Positions 44,985-58,070 of a DNA stretch of 64,000 nucleotides are shown one piece after another. The DNA is from the human T2T-CHM13v2.0 reference genome, Homo sapiens. The position numbers and the translations under genes were made by a program. Position 1 is the first letter of the stretch. Every line of letters begins with the position of its first letter. The DNA lies in assembly GCF_009914755.1 (NCBI RefSeq), contig NC_060929.1. The stretch is one strand, 5' to 3'. Under the pieces are notes generated by a model that ran no database searches, was not told the DNA's origin, and worked only from the letters and a program-made list of their open reading frames with translations.

Positions 44985-45300
44985 TAAATGTTCGTCAACT
45001 TATGATAAAGTTGTGTCTCGATAAAACCACGGTAGGTTAAAAAGACCATAAGTTGAAAGACACTTAATACATCTAACCTACCAACCATCACAGCCTAACC
45101 AATTTTAAACATGCTCAGGACACTTACATTAGCCTATGTTAGGAAAAAAGTCATCTAACGTAAGCCTATTTTATAATAAAGTGTTGAATATCTCATGTAA
45201 TTTATTAAATACCGTATATTATGTCATAATTGGACAGTTTTACATGATAGGAAAGTTGAAAAATCCTAAGTCAAACCATCGTTAAGTCAGGAACCATGTG
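44985..45300 (+). mobile_element. MER47A-like (Tigger/TcMar) MITE
   Basis: aaacatgctcaggacacttacattagcct...gcctattttataataaagtgttgaatatctcatgtaatttatt; end tcaaaccatcgttaagtcaggaaccatgtg followed by TA. Confidence 0.8.
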
Positions 45301-45385
45301 TAATCCAAAACCAGGTGCTTATACTACCTTTATTGCTTGTCAACGTTATAAAAATGTGTGTGTGTCCGCGTCTGTGTACACTTAC

Positions 45386-45397
45386 TTGTCCTTTACC
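45386..45397 (-). other. Candidate 12-nt microexon
   Basis: Minus strand: ttcttgctttagactccctccttggttttag|GGTAAAGGACAA|gtaagtgt. Signal-based only. Confidence 0.3.
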
Positions 45398-46489
45398 CTA
45401 AAACCAAGGAGGGAGTCTAAAGCAAGAATCATATCCTCAGAATTTAAATTTAAATACCATTGTAAAGTAATTTTAAGGGGAAAATTCAATCACATCTTTA
45501 TAACATGGCAAATACACTAAGATAATAAATGCATAGCAATTTACTACAGATAATCGATCATCATTTCAGAGTCTTTTCAAAAGGATTGGTTTGACGACAT
45601 TTTCCACTGAGATTCATATGACCTTTTCCTACAATAAGGTTGATCAAACTCCCAGCAAACCATGTTGTTCTACAACAGAAGACAGGTTACAAGCTAAAGA
45701 AATTAAAGCAGATTTATTTAATTTGTAACATGGAGGAGATTACAAATGGCAGGAAGGTTTTTATATCCTATTCACCTGAAAATAATAGAATTCATGATAA
45801 TTTTCTTCCTTTTCACTGAGAGGCAAGAGACTTTGAAGCTATTGTAAGACCAAACTACCTGGGGAGCTCAGCCTTGGCCCCAAACTCTGCTGTGTAGCTT
45901 GAACCCACTAGCAGTGGGGGTGACTTGATATCAGAACACAGATATTAATGAATAACAAAAGATAAAGTTAGATCATGACTACTCACAGAGCAGGAGTTCA
46001 GCTGATTTAACCAGGCAGAAGAGAAATATATTTTTAGTTTCAAAGCCAATTCATATACTTCTTAACAACTGCTGTTGTGTGAAAAAATGTCTGGGAGTGA
46101 ATGTGGCTTATAATACAGAGGGAAGCATGAATAATCTAACTGACCAGGATTAGACGGAAAAGAAAAGAATGTAACTGTCATGATAGATGACACGTAAGGA
46201 AAATCTCTAACAATTTTTCTTTTACACTGGAAAAGTGGAAAGCTTTCTCCCTTCCTCTAAATCCTTGGCCCAAATTAATACCTAAACTTTTTTTAAATTA
46301 AATCTCAAGCAAGAAATGCATGTGCTATAGTCATCGTTGTTAGGCTGTCATCATAACAGTCTCCTGAAAAGTTTGAAAAAAAAGTTATGTAATTATGCAG
46401 GTTTTTCAAATATTTAATGCAGCTGAAAATAAGCTATTGTTCTAATAAAATATAGCAGGATCCCTGCATATGGATCAGATAAAAGAACA

Positions 46490-46710
46490 AGGGCTCTGAA
46501 TGAAGATATCACTGGACTTAGAGCCAGAAGACTTAGATTTGAATCTAAGAGACTGGGGCTTTTGATAGCTAAGTAAATTGGGGCATGCCACCTGGTTTTC
46601 TCAATATCTGTTCCCTTCTCTAGTATAAGCGATAATCTCAATGTACCTACTGCAAGGGAGCATTGTGAAAAATAAATGAGACAATGCATTGACAACATCT
46701 AAAAAATGTG
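46490..46710 (+). mobile_element. MIR
   Basis: actggacttagagccagaagacttagatttgaatct...aatgtacctactgcaagggagcattgtgaaaaataaatgagacaatgcat. Confidence 0.65.
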
Positions 46711-48340
46711 TACTATAGAATTATAGAATGTTATTTTTACTGGGAATTGTCTTAATATTCTGTCCATGTTCAGTGCATGCAGATTGGCAAGCATCAGCTT
46801 ACTTATAAGACTATCTTCTTATAGGCCTTCTAAGATAGGAGAGATCCAAAATGAATTACAATATTTAATGGGTTCACTAAATTCCTGGAAAAACTGCTTG
46901 AACATGGAGGAAGAGAACCGTCTCAAACATCTGCATGGAAGTAAGTAATAAAGAGATGAGCCAAGTAAAGAGGAAAAAATACCAAAGACTTCCACCGTGA
47001 GAAATTAAAGACATCAATTTTAATCATTAAGGAAGGTATTTGTACCATATGACACCAAATAGATACTTGAAACATGCTTCTAAATGACTTTTTTAAAAAA
47101 ATTCTTTCAAATGTTTAGGGTCTTCGAGAAAAATATTTCTATTTAATGTTTCTAAGTGAAAAAGCGGTAACTCATAGCCATAAAACCATGAGTTTCTTGA
47201 AACCTTGAGGAAAATGTGTGTGTATGTGTGTGTAAATAAACTGTGTTTACAGTGTAAGAAATAATATGCTTAAAAATCCTAAATAAGTATTCTAGTTTAC
47301 AGGCACACAAAGATTATTCAAGACTTTTTAAGTTACAAGTAACAAAAGCTCAACTCAAATTTCTTTATGCAAAGTGGGAATCAGGGAAGGGGAACTCTGA
47401 AGGACATTATAAGGGAAATCAAAGAGATATTTCTGGCTTTAGGCAATGCAGGATATGGAGGTTCAAATGATGCCTTTAGTCTCCTCCTTGTGCTCTTCTC
47501 TATTTCCCTCAAGGTTACTTTATTCTCTAGATCTCTCTTCATGATTGCACAGACTGTATAAGCTGTCCGAAACTTCTGTTCTGACATGTCATAATTCCAA
47601 GAATTCTCCTCTTCTTGGTGGCTGCATCAATTACTTAAAAAGGAACACTAATTGATCCTGCTTGAAGAATGTACTTTTTCTTTTTTTTTTTTTGACAAAC
47701 TGTTCTTTATTGGGTGATCTGATTGCCCAGTCTGGATTAGAGTCCCATTCCTGTGTCTGGGAAGTAAGGATGGGGATTTATAGCCTTATAAGTATCACAT
47801 GTAAAAGAAAGGCAGCAGCCCCAGTCAGGGTCTTATGGCTAAAACTCCCATCTCTCTGGGACAGAGCACCCAGGGTAAGAGGTGGCTGTAGGTGGAGCTT
47901 TAGCATACTTAAGCGTTCCTGCCTGCCAGCTCTGAAGAGAACAGCGGACCTCCCAGCACAGTGCTCGAGCTCTGCTAAGGGACACACTGCTTTCTCAAGT
48001 GGGTCCCTGATCCCCGTGCCTCCTGATGGGGAGATACATCCCAACAGGGGTCGACAGACACCTCATACAGGAGAGCTCCAACTGACATCTGGTAGGTGCT
48101 CTTCTGGGACAAAGCTTCCAGGAAAAAGGAGCAGGCAGCCTTTGCTGGTGATACCCAGGCAAATAGGGTCTGGAGTGGACCCTCAGAAAACTCCAGCCGA
48201 CCTGGAGAAGAGGGGCCTGACTGTTGGAAGGAAAACTAACAAACAGCAATAGCATCAACATCAACAAAAAGGACGACCACGTAAAAACTCCATCCGAAGG
48301 TCACCAACAGCAAAGGCCAAAGGTAGATAAATCCATGAAG

Positions 48341-49363
48341 ATGAGGAAAAACCAGTGCAAAAAGTCTGAAAATTTCAAAACCAGAATGCCTCTTCTCCTC
48401 CAAAAGATCACAACTCCTAGCCCACAAGGGAACAAAACTGAACAGAGAATGAGTTTGACGAATTGGCAGAAGTAGGCTTCAGAAGGTGGGTAATAACAAA
48501 CTCCTCCAAGCTAAAGGAGCATGTTCTAACCCAATGCAAAGAAGCTAAGAACCTTGTTAAAAGGTTAGAGGAATTGCTAACTAAAATAACCAGTTTAGAG
48601 AAGAACATAAATGACCTGATGGAGCTGAAAAACACAGCACGAGAACTTTGTGAAGCATACATAAGTATCAATAGCCGAATCGATCAAGCGGAGGAAAAGA
48701 TATCAAAGATTGAAGATCAACTTAATGAAATGAGCATGAAGACAAGATTAGATGAAAAAGAATGAAAAGGAAAGAACAAAACCTCCAAGAAATATGGGAC
48801 TATGTTAAAAGACAAAACCTATGTTTGATTGGTGTACCAGAAAGTGACAGGGAGAATGAAACCAAGTTGGAAAACACACTTCAGGATATTACCCAGGAGA
48901 ACTTCCCCAAACTAGCAAGACAGGCCAACATTCAAATTCAGGAAATACAGGGAACACCACAAACATACTCCTTGAGAAGAGCAACCCCAAGACACATAAT
49001 CATCAGATTCACCAAGGATGTAATGAAGGAAAAAATGTTAAGGGCAGCCAGAGAGAAAGGTTGGGTTACCCACAAAGAGAAGCCTATTAGACTAACTGGG
49101 GCTCTCTCTGCAGAAACTCTACTAGCCAGAAGAGAGTGGGGGCCAATATTCAATATTCTTAAATAAAAGAATTTTCAACCCAGAATTTCATACCAGCCAA
49201 ACTAAACTTTATAAGTGAAGGAAAAATAAAGTCCTTTGCAGACAAGCAAATGCTGAAGGATTTTGTCACCACCAGGCCTGCCTTACAAGAGCTCCTGAAG
49301 GAAGTACTAAATATGGAAAGGAAAAACCAGTACCAGCCACTGCAAAAACAAACCAAAATGTAA
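48341..49363 (+). pseudogene. Disrupted L1 ORF1p
   Basis: Fragments MRKNQCKK..., LEKNINDLMELKNTARELCEA, QEIWDYVKRQNLCLIGVPE, RATPRHIIIRFTK; frameshifted. Confidence 0.92.
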
Positions 49364-49494
49364 AGACCGTTGACACTACGAAGAAACTGCATTAACTAAT
49401 GAGCAAAATAGCAAGCTAAAATCACAATGACAGGATCAAATTCACACATAACAATATTAACTTTAAACGTAAACAGGCTCAATGCCCCAATTAA

Positions 49495-49948
49495 TGTATG
49501 TTTATTGCAGCACTGTTCATAATAGCAAAGACTTGGAACCAACCAAATGTCCATCAACGATAGACTGGATAAAGAAAATGTGGCACATATACACCATGGA
49601 ATACTATGCAGCCATGAAAAAAGGATGAGTTCATATCCTGTGCAGGGACATGGATGAAGCTGGAAACCATCATTTTCAGCAAACTAACACAAGAACAGAA
49701 AACCAAACACCACATATTCTCACTCTAAGTGGGAGTTGAACAATGAGAACACATGGACACAGGGAAAGGAATATTACACACTGGGACATGTTGGGGGGCA
49801 GGAGATTAGAGGAGAGATAGCATTAGGAGAAATACCTAATGTAGATGACAGGTTGATGGATGCAGCAAACCACCATGGCACGTGTATACCTATGTAACAA
49901 ACCTGCACATTCTGCACATGTGTCCCAGACTTTAAGGATAAAAAAAGA
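49495..49948 (+). mobile_element. L1PA7-type 3' end nested in the L1PA7 ORF2 EN region
   Basis: Interrupts host ccccaattaa|aaggcacagactggc; carries ggagaaatacctaatgtagatgacaggttgatgg 3'UTR and a short A tail. Confidence 0.9.
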
Positions 49949-52454
49949 AAAGGCACAGACTGGCAAATTAGATAAAGACTGTATTGGTGTGCTGTATTCA
50001 GGATATATATCTCATGTGCAAAGACATACATAGGCTCAAAATAAAGGGATGGAGGAAGATTTACCAAGCAAATGGAAAGAAAATAAAAAGGAAAAGCAGG
50101 GGTTGCAATCCCAGTCTCTGATAAAACATACATTAAACCAACCAAGATCAAAAAAGACAAAAAATAGCATTACATAATGGTAAACGGATCAATGCAACAA
50201 GAAGTGCTAAGTATCCTAAATATATATGCACCCAGTACAGGAGCATCCAGATTCATAAAGCAAGTTCTTAGAGACCCACAAAGAGAATTAGATTTCCACA
50301 CAATAATAGTGAGAGAAATTTACACCCCACTGTCAATATTAGACAGATCAACAAAACTGACAATTAAAAAGGATATTCAGGACATGAACTCAACTCTGGA
50401 CCAAGCGAACCTAATAGACATCTACAGAATGTTCTACCCCAAATCAACAGAATATACATTCTTCTCAGCACCACATAGCACTTATTCTAAAATAGACCAC
50501 ATAATCGGAGGTAAAACACTCCTCAGCAAATGCAAAAGAATGGAAATCCTAACAAACAGTCTCTCAGACTACAGTGCAATCACATTAGAACTCAGGATTA
50601 AGAAACTCAGTCAAAACCACACAACTACATGGAAACTGAACAACCTGCTCCTGAATGACTACTGAGTAAATAACAAAATTAAGGCAGAAATAAATAAGCT
50701 CTTTGAAACCAATGAGAACAAAGACACAACGTACCAGAATCTCTAAGACATAGCTAAAGCAGTGTTTAGAAGGAAATTTATAGCACTAAATGGCCAAAGG
50801 GGAAAGTGGGAAAGATCTAAAATCGACACCCTAACATCACAATTAAAAGAATGAGAGAATCAAAAGCAAACAAATTCAAAAGCTAGCAGAAGACAAAAAA
50901 TAACTAAGATCAGAACAGAACTGAAGGAGGTAGAGACACGAAAAACCCTTCAAAAAAATCAATGAATCCAGGAGCTGTTTTTTTGAAACATTAACAAAAT
51001 ACATAGACTGCTAGCCAGAGTAATAGAGAAGAAAAGAGAGAAGAATCAAATAGATAAAATAAAAAATGATAAAGGGGAGATCACCACTGATCCCACAGAA
51101 ATACAAACTACTATCAGAGAATACTATAAACACCTCTATGCAAATAAAATAGAAAATCTAGAAGAAATGGATAAATTCCTGGAAACATACACCCTTCCAG
51201 GACTAAACCAGGAAGAAGTTGAAGCCCTGAATAGACCAATAACAAGTTCTGAAATTGAGGCAGTAATAGCCTACCAACCAAAGAAAGCCCAGGACCAGAG
51301 GGATTCATAGCCAAATTCTACCAGAGGTACAAAGAGAAACTGGTACCATTCCTTCTGAAACTATTCCAAACAATAGAAGAAGAGGGACTCCTCCCTAACT
51401 CATTTAATGAGGCCAGCATCATCCTGATACCAAAACCTGGCAGAGCCACAAGTTTCAGGCCAATATCCCTGATGAACATCGATGCAAAAATCCTCAATAA
51501 AATACTGGCAAACCGAATCCAGCAGCACATCAAAAAGCTTACCCACCACGATCAAGTCAGATTCATCCCTGGGATGCAAGGTTGGTTCAACATATACAAA
51601 TAAATAAACATAATCCATCACATAAACAGAACCAATGACAAAAACCACACGATTATCTCGGTAGATGCAGAAAGGGCTTTAAATAAAATTCAACAGCCCT
51701 TCATGCTATCAACACTCAATAAACTTGATATTGATGAAACATATCTCAAAATAAGAAGAACTATTTATGATAAACCCACAGCCAATATCACACTCAATGG
51801 GCAAAAGCTGGAAGCATTCCCTTTGAAAACCGGCACAAGACAAGGATGTCCTCTCTCACCACCTCTATTTAACATAGTTTTGGAAGTGCTGGCTAGGGCA
51901 ATTAGGCAAGAGAAAGAAATAAAGCTTTCTCTTTCTTTCAAATAGGAAGAGAGGAAGTCAAATTATCTGTTTGCAGATAACATGATTGTATATTTAGAAA
52001 AACCCATTGTCTCAGCCCCAAAACTCCTTAAGCTGATAAGCAACTTTAGCAAAGTCTCAGGATACAAAATCAGTGTGCAAAAATCACAAGCATTCTCCTA
52101 CACCAGTAATAGATAAACAGAGAGCCAAATCATGAGCAAACTCCCATTCACGATTGCTACAAAGAAAACAGCATGTCTGGGAATACAACTTACAAGGGAC
52201 GTGAAGGACCTCTTCCAGGAGAACTACAAACCACTGCTCAAGGCAATAAGAGAGTACACAAACAAATGGAAAAGCATTCCATGCTCATGGACAGAAAGAA
52301 TCAATATCGTGAAAATGGCCATACTGCCCAAAGTAATTTATAGATTCAATGCTATTCCCATCAAGCTACCTTGACTTTCTTCACAGAATTAGAAAATGTT
52401 ACTTTATATTTCATATGGAACCAAAAAAGAGCCTGTGTAACCAAAACAATCCTA

Positions 52455-52457
<3 letters not shown>

Positions 52458-52486
<29 letters not shown>
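52458..52486. repeat. A29 homopolymer within L1 ORF2
   Basis: Replaces the caaaagaacaaag segment seen in the other L1 copies (e.g. 33751-33763). Confidence 0.9.
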
Positions 52487-52489
<3 letters not shown>

Positions 52490-53947
52490 GGAGGCATCAC
52501 ACTACCTGATTTCAAGCTATACTAGAAGGCTCCAGTAACCAAAACAGCATGGTGCTGGTACCAAAACAGATATATAGACCAATGGAACAGAACAGAGCCC
52601 TCAGAAATAACACCACACATCTACAACCATCTGATCTTTGACAAACCTGACAAAAACAAGCAATGTGGAAAGGATTTCCTATTTATTAAATGGTTCCGGG
52701 ACAACTGGCTAGCCATATGCAGAAAACTGAAACTGGACCCCTTCCTTACACCTTATACAAAAATTAACTCAAGTGCATTAAGGGCTTAAACATAAGACCT
52801 AAAACCATAAAAACCCTAGAAGAAAACCTAGGCAATACCATTCAAGACGTAGGCATGGGTGAAGACTTCATGACTAAAACACCAAAAGCAATGGCAACAA
52901 AAGCCAAAATTGACCAATGGGATCTAATTAAACTAAAGAGCATCTGCACAGCAAAAGAAACTATCATCAGAGTGAACAGGCAACCTACAGAATGGGAGAA
53001 CATTTTTGCCATCTATCCATCTGAAAAAGGGAACATATCCAGAATCTATAAGGAAATTAAACAAATTTACAAACAAACAAAAAACAACTCTATTAAAAAG
53101 TGGGTAAAGGATAGGAACAGACACTTTTCAAAAGAAGACATTTATGTGGCCAATAAACATATGAAAAAAAGCTTATCATCACTGGTTATTAGAGAAATGC
53201 AAATCAAAACCGCAATGTGATACCATCTCATGCCATTTAGAATGGTGATCATTAAAAAGTCAGGAAACAACAGATGCTGGAGAGGATATGGAGAAATAGG
53301 AATGCTTTTACACTGTTGGTGGGAGGGTAAATTACTTCAACCATGTGGAAGACAGTGTGGTGATTTCTCAAGGATCTAGAACTAGAAACACCATTTGGCC
53401 CAGCAACCCCATTACTGGGTAAATACACAAAGGATTATAAATCATTCTACTATAAAGACACATGCACCATATGTTTACTGCGGCACTATTCACAATAGCA
53501 AAGACTTGGAACCAACCCAAATGCCCATCAATGATAGACTGAATAAAGAAAATGTGGCACATATACACCATGGAGTACTATGCAGCCATAAAAAAGAATG
53601 ATTTCATGTCCTTTCCAGGGACATAGATGAAGCTGGAAACCATCATTCTGAGAAGACTTACACAGAAATAGAAAACCAAACACCACAGGTTCTCACTCAT
53701 AAGTGGGAGTTGAACAATGAGAACATATGGGCACAGGGAAGGGAACATCACACACCGGGACCTGTCATGTGGTGGACGGCAAGGGGAGGGATAGCATTAG
53801 GAGGAGAAATACCATATGTAGATGACGGGTTGATGGGTGCAGCAAACCAACCATGGCACATACATACCTATGTAACAAACCTGCATGTTCTGCATATGTA
53901 TCCCAGAAGGTAAGTATAATTAAAAAAAAAAGAATCCATGATAGTAA

Positions 53948-53974
53948 ACACACACACACACACACAAACACACA
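53948..53974. repeat. (CA)n microsatellite
   Basis: acacacacacacacacaaacacaca. Confidence 0.85.
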
Positions 53975-54599
53975 AATAAATAAATAAAATAGCACATGGA
54001 GGAGAGGCGATATGGTTCTGAAAAGGCCAATTTACAAAAATAATAATAAGAGCACTTGATGTTCACCAGCAGTTTTTAAATGGAGCTTATAATATATTCT
54101 TATAGGCATCGATATTGAGAGAGAAATAACAGCATTTCTTCACTGATGGTATTGAAAAATTTGCATTTCTTAGGTTGACCACCTGTGAGCTGTAATATTC
54201 TGGTTGGGATGTCAGGGTATGAGGGCAGCAGCCCATGACTGATAAGATGTGGGCTTCTGCTGGAACTTTGTAACGAGTTTGAAGTTGAAACAAATGTATG
54301 GTTAGGAAGTTAAGGAAATCGAACAATTCCTTTGACCCAGAATGGGATTAATGGAGGCAACTAAAGTATCCACTCCTTTTTCATTGCATAGCAGAGCTCT
54401 GCCCTTCCCTGAATAGCAGGTCTTCACACAGCAGGAATGCACAGTGTTTACCCCATAATATACAGAGCCCATGGTGAGAGACCAGCACAGCCTGATGTAG
54501 TCTTTTAAAATAGATTTTTAAAAAACAAACAAAAATTTCCAGATCTTATCATCAACATCCCCTTGGAAGAATCAAATAAAGATAAACACTATGAAACAA

Positions 54600-55637
<1,038 letters not shown>

Positions 55638-55869
55638 GATTCATTGATATCAAAAAGCCAAAACTGATTCTAGATATCTTAATCAAAAAGTCAACTTATT
55701 AGAAGGATATGGTGCAGCTCACACAAATAAGATAATCTGAAAAAAAAAAAATTAAAATCCAGGTACCCCTAAGATTCCAGGTAGCAATAAGAGATAAACC
55801 ACTTGATCAGGAAGTTACTGCTGGGACAAATAATCTCTCACCAATTCTCTGTTCTTGAGTCCCTGTATG

Positions 55870-56095
55870 CTGAGAAGCAGGCAGCTGTGTGTTTAAAAGC
55901 ATCTGCACACCCATCAGACAGACATGGATTTAAATTCCACTACCAGCACTTAAATACTGGCTCTCTGGTCTTGAGCTATTCATTTCAATTATAAAGTGGG
56001 GATAATAATGACATCTATTTTATTGGGTTGTTGTGTGACACAAAGGCTTACATTAATGTCAAATCCGTAGTACACACTCAAAATATTCAAGTATT
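55870..56095 (+). mobile_element. MIR
   Basis: cagacagacatggatttaaattccactaccagcactt...taaagtggggataataatgacatctattttattgggttgttgtg. Confidence 0.55.
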
Positions 56096-57324
56096 ATTAA
56101 GATTCTAAAGATAAAGCCCAAGGGGCCAAGCATGACACCTTGATTAATGAAACCATCAAAACTCTACTGAAGAAGGAGATATAATCTCTTGTAAGAATGT
56201 TAGAGTACATTAGCAGAAGCGTGGCTACTCAAAGCTAGAGAGGCAAGGAATGACAAATGTCCCCTAGAGTTGCCAATGCACAGAATTACAACTCCATTTG
56301 ACTTTCTCACATATTTTTATCAGATGTGGGCTGCATAAGGCCAGTCATAAGCCATAAGGTCAGCCATAGCCTGTATAAGGTTATGAAACTGAGTTTCATA
56401 AAGGAGATATTGAAAATTAGGTTGATTTGATGGTAAAAGTAGGTTGATATTGAAAAAGTTATCCCAGCATTCACATCTACAAAAGGTATTGATTTTCACA
56501 AATCTGTTATGATGCATGTAAGAAAATCAAATGATGCTTAGAGAAAAGCACAAGAGAGTTTTTGCTAACTTATTTAAACTCTATTGTATCTATTAAAGAT
56601 GAGGCCTCGTTCTTTATTGGTCTTTGTTCCCAGTCAACACAAGAAAAGCCAAAAAAGCACTCTGAGCCTAATTGCTTTGTTTGTAAACTTTACTTGTTCA
56701 TTTCTGATGTCTTGAGTTTTTTGACAAGTTATTGAATGAAAAAAATAAATAGACAGTTGATTCTTCAGGGCTTATAAAATTTGATAAATGCTTATTTAAC
56801 TTTTTGACAGTTGTGAGCAATAAATAAAGAAGCATCCTGAAGTCAAGTTTGTATAAAACTTGCCTTGTTTTTGCTTACACAAAATCCCCAGGAACCAGGA
56901 GTTGAAATATGTTTCTCATCTGACTTTTTTTCTTTTATCAGGGAGCGTATTCATTTGCACTTATAGTTTAGGGCTGTACTGGACACTTGAGATGCTACTT
57001 TGATTTATTTTAGTTTTCATTTCACAGTGGAAGGAAAAATGAGTCATTAAGAACTTGGCTTTGGACAAAATCTCCCATGATACAATGAATGACATGCTTT
57101 TCCAAAACAGACTTGAGAAAGAAAGTTTAGCAGGTTACACTTCAGTTGTACTATAGTCTTGGCAGTATACTTTTAAGACATTGTGGAGAAATGGATCTTT
57201 GAAGATAAGAAGTAAAGGGATAAGTTATTCTCATCCTCTTTTCCATTTTGTCTAAACCAAGAAAATGTGTGAATAGATATTATGCAATGCTCTAAGGGCT
57301 TGGCATGTATTATCTCATTTAATC

Positions 57325-58070
57325 ACTTACTCGTTCATTTGACACATATTAAATGAGGCTATTCTCAGTGCCAGGTGATATTCTATGGGTTGGTGACCAC
57401 TGTAAACAAAAATGACAAATATTCCTGCCATCATGAAACTTACTGAAGGTCACAGTAATAAGTAAGAGAAATAAGTAAAACAACATTTATTAAATAGTGA
57501 TAAGAATTTAGGAGAAAAATCAAACAGACAAGGGGAATAGGAATTGTTGGGGGTGGGATTTTGGAGCTTTAGAAGAGTAGCCAAGGAAGGCTTCTTAGAG
57601 TTGTTCATCGGGTAAAAACTGAAAGAAGTGAGAACACCATAGGGATAATTTAGGGAAGAGTGTTAAAGGCAGGGGAAATGACCAATACTGGGACCTTGCA
57701 GCACCTGCAAGCCAAATGCATGGGAACAGCTAGGCAGCCAGTGTTCCTGGAGTGTGCAGTTGAGTAGAACAATAATGTGAGATGAAGTCAGAGGTGTAAG
57801 GTGGGTCAAGAGGGGAAGCTATGTTGGCCTTTGTAAGGTCATGATACAGCATTTAATTTTTACTATGAGTAAGACAAGACTCCACTGGAAAGTTTCCAAG
57901 AAAGAGTTGATGTAATTTGACTTATGCTTCATCAGGATCACTCTGGCTGGTATATTTAGAATAGACAGGGTGCTGCATCCTGAACTGGCATGGAGGTGAC
58001 AACAGTGGTGAAGTGGATGAATTCTAAATATATTTTGACAGTAGATAAGACAGAATTTGCTGAATGACCA
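57325..58070 (-). mobile_element. L2 fragment
   Basis: cattt gacacatattaaatgaggctattctcagtgccagg..., gagatgaagtcagaggtgtaagg, aggatcactctggctg, gaattctaaatatattttgacagtaga. Confidence 0.75.

Larger units (their letters stand above)
49427..53713 (+). pseudogene. Disrupted L1 ORF2p (EN, RT, Cys-rich)
   Basis: ATG acaggatca start; EN fragment ORF 50177-50665 (ILNIYAP, YSKIDHI, SDYSAI); RT fragments; many stops. Confidence 0.92.
47803..53931 (+). mobile_element. Near full-length L1PA7 (partial 5'UTR, ORF1, ORF2, 3'UTR), disrupted
   Basis: L1PA7-type 5'UTR aaagaaaggcagcagccccagtcaggg; ORF1 and ORF2 remnants; 3'UTR ggagaaataccatatgtagatgacgggttgatgggtgcagcaaacc; polyA; possible degenerate TSD agtatcacatg/agaatccatg. 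Confidence 0.93.

Noticed and set aside
47662-48252. 196-aa ORF spanning the flank and L1PA7 5'UTR
   Set aside because: GC-rich L1 5'UTR sequence commonly gives open frames; there is no protein-like signal.
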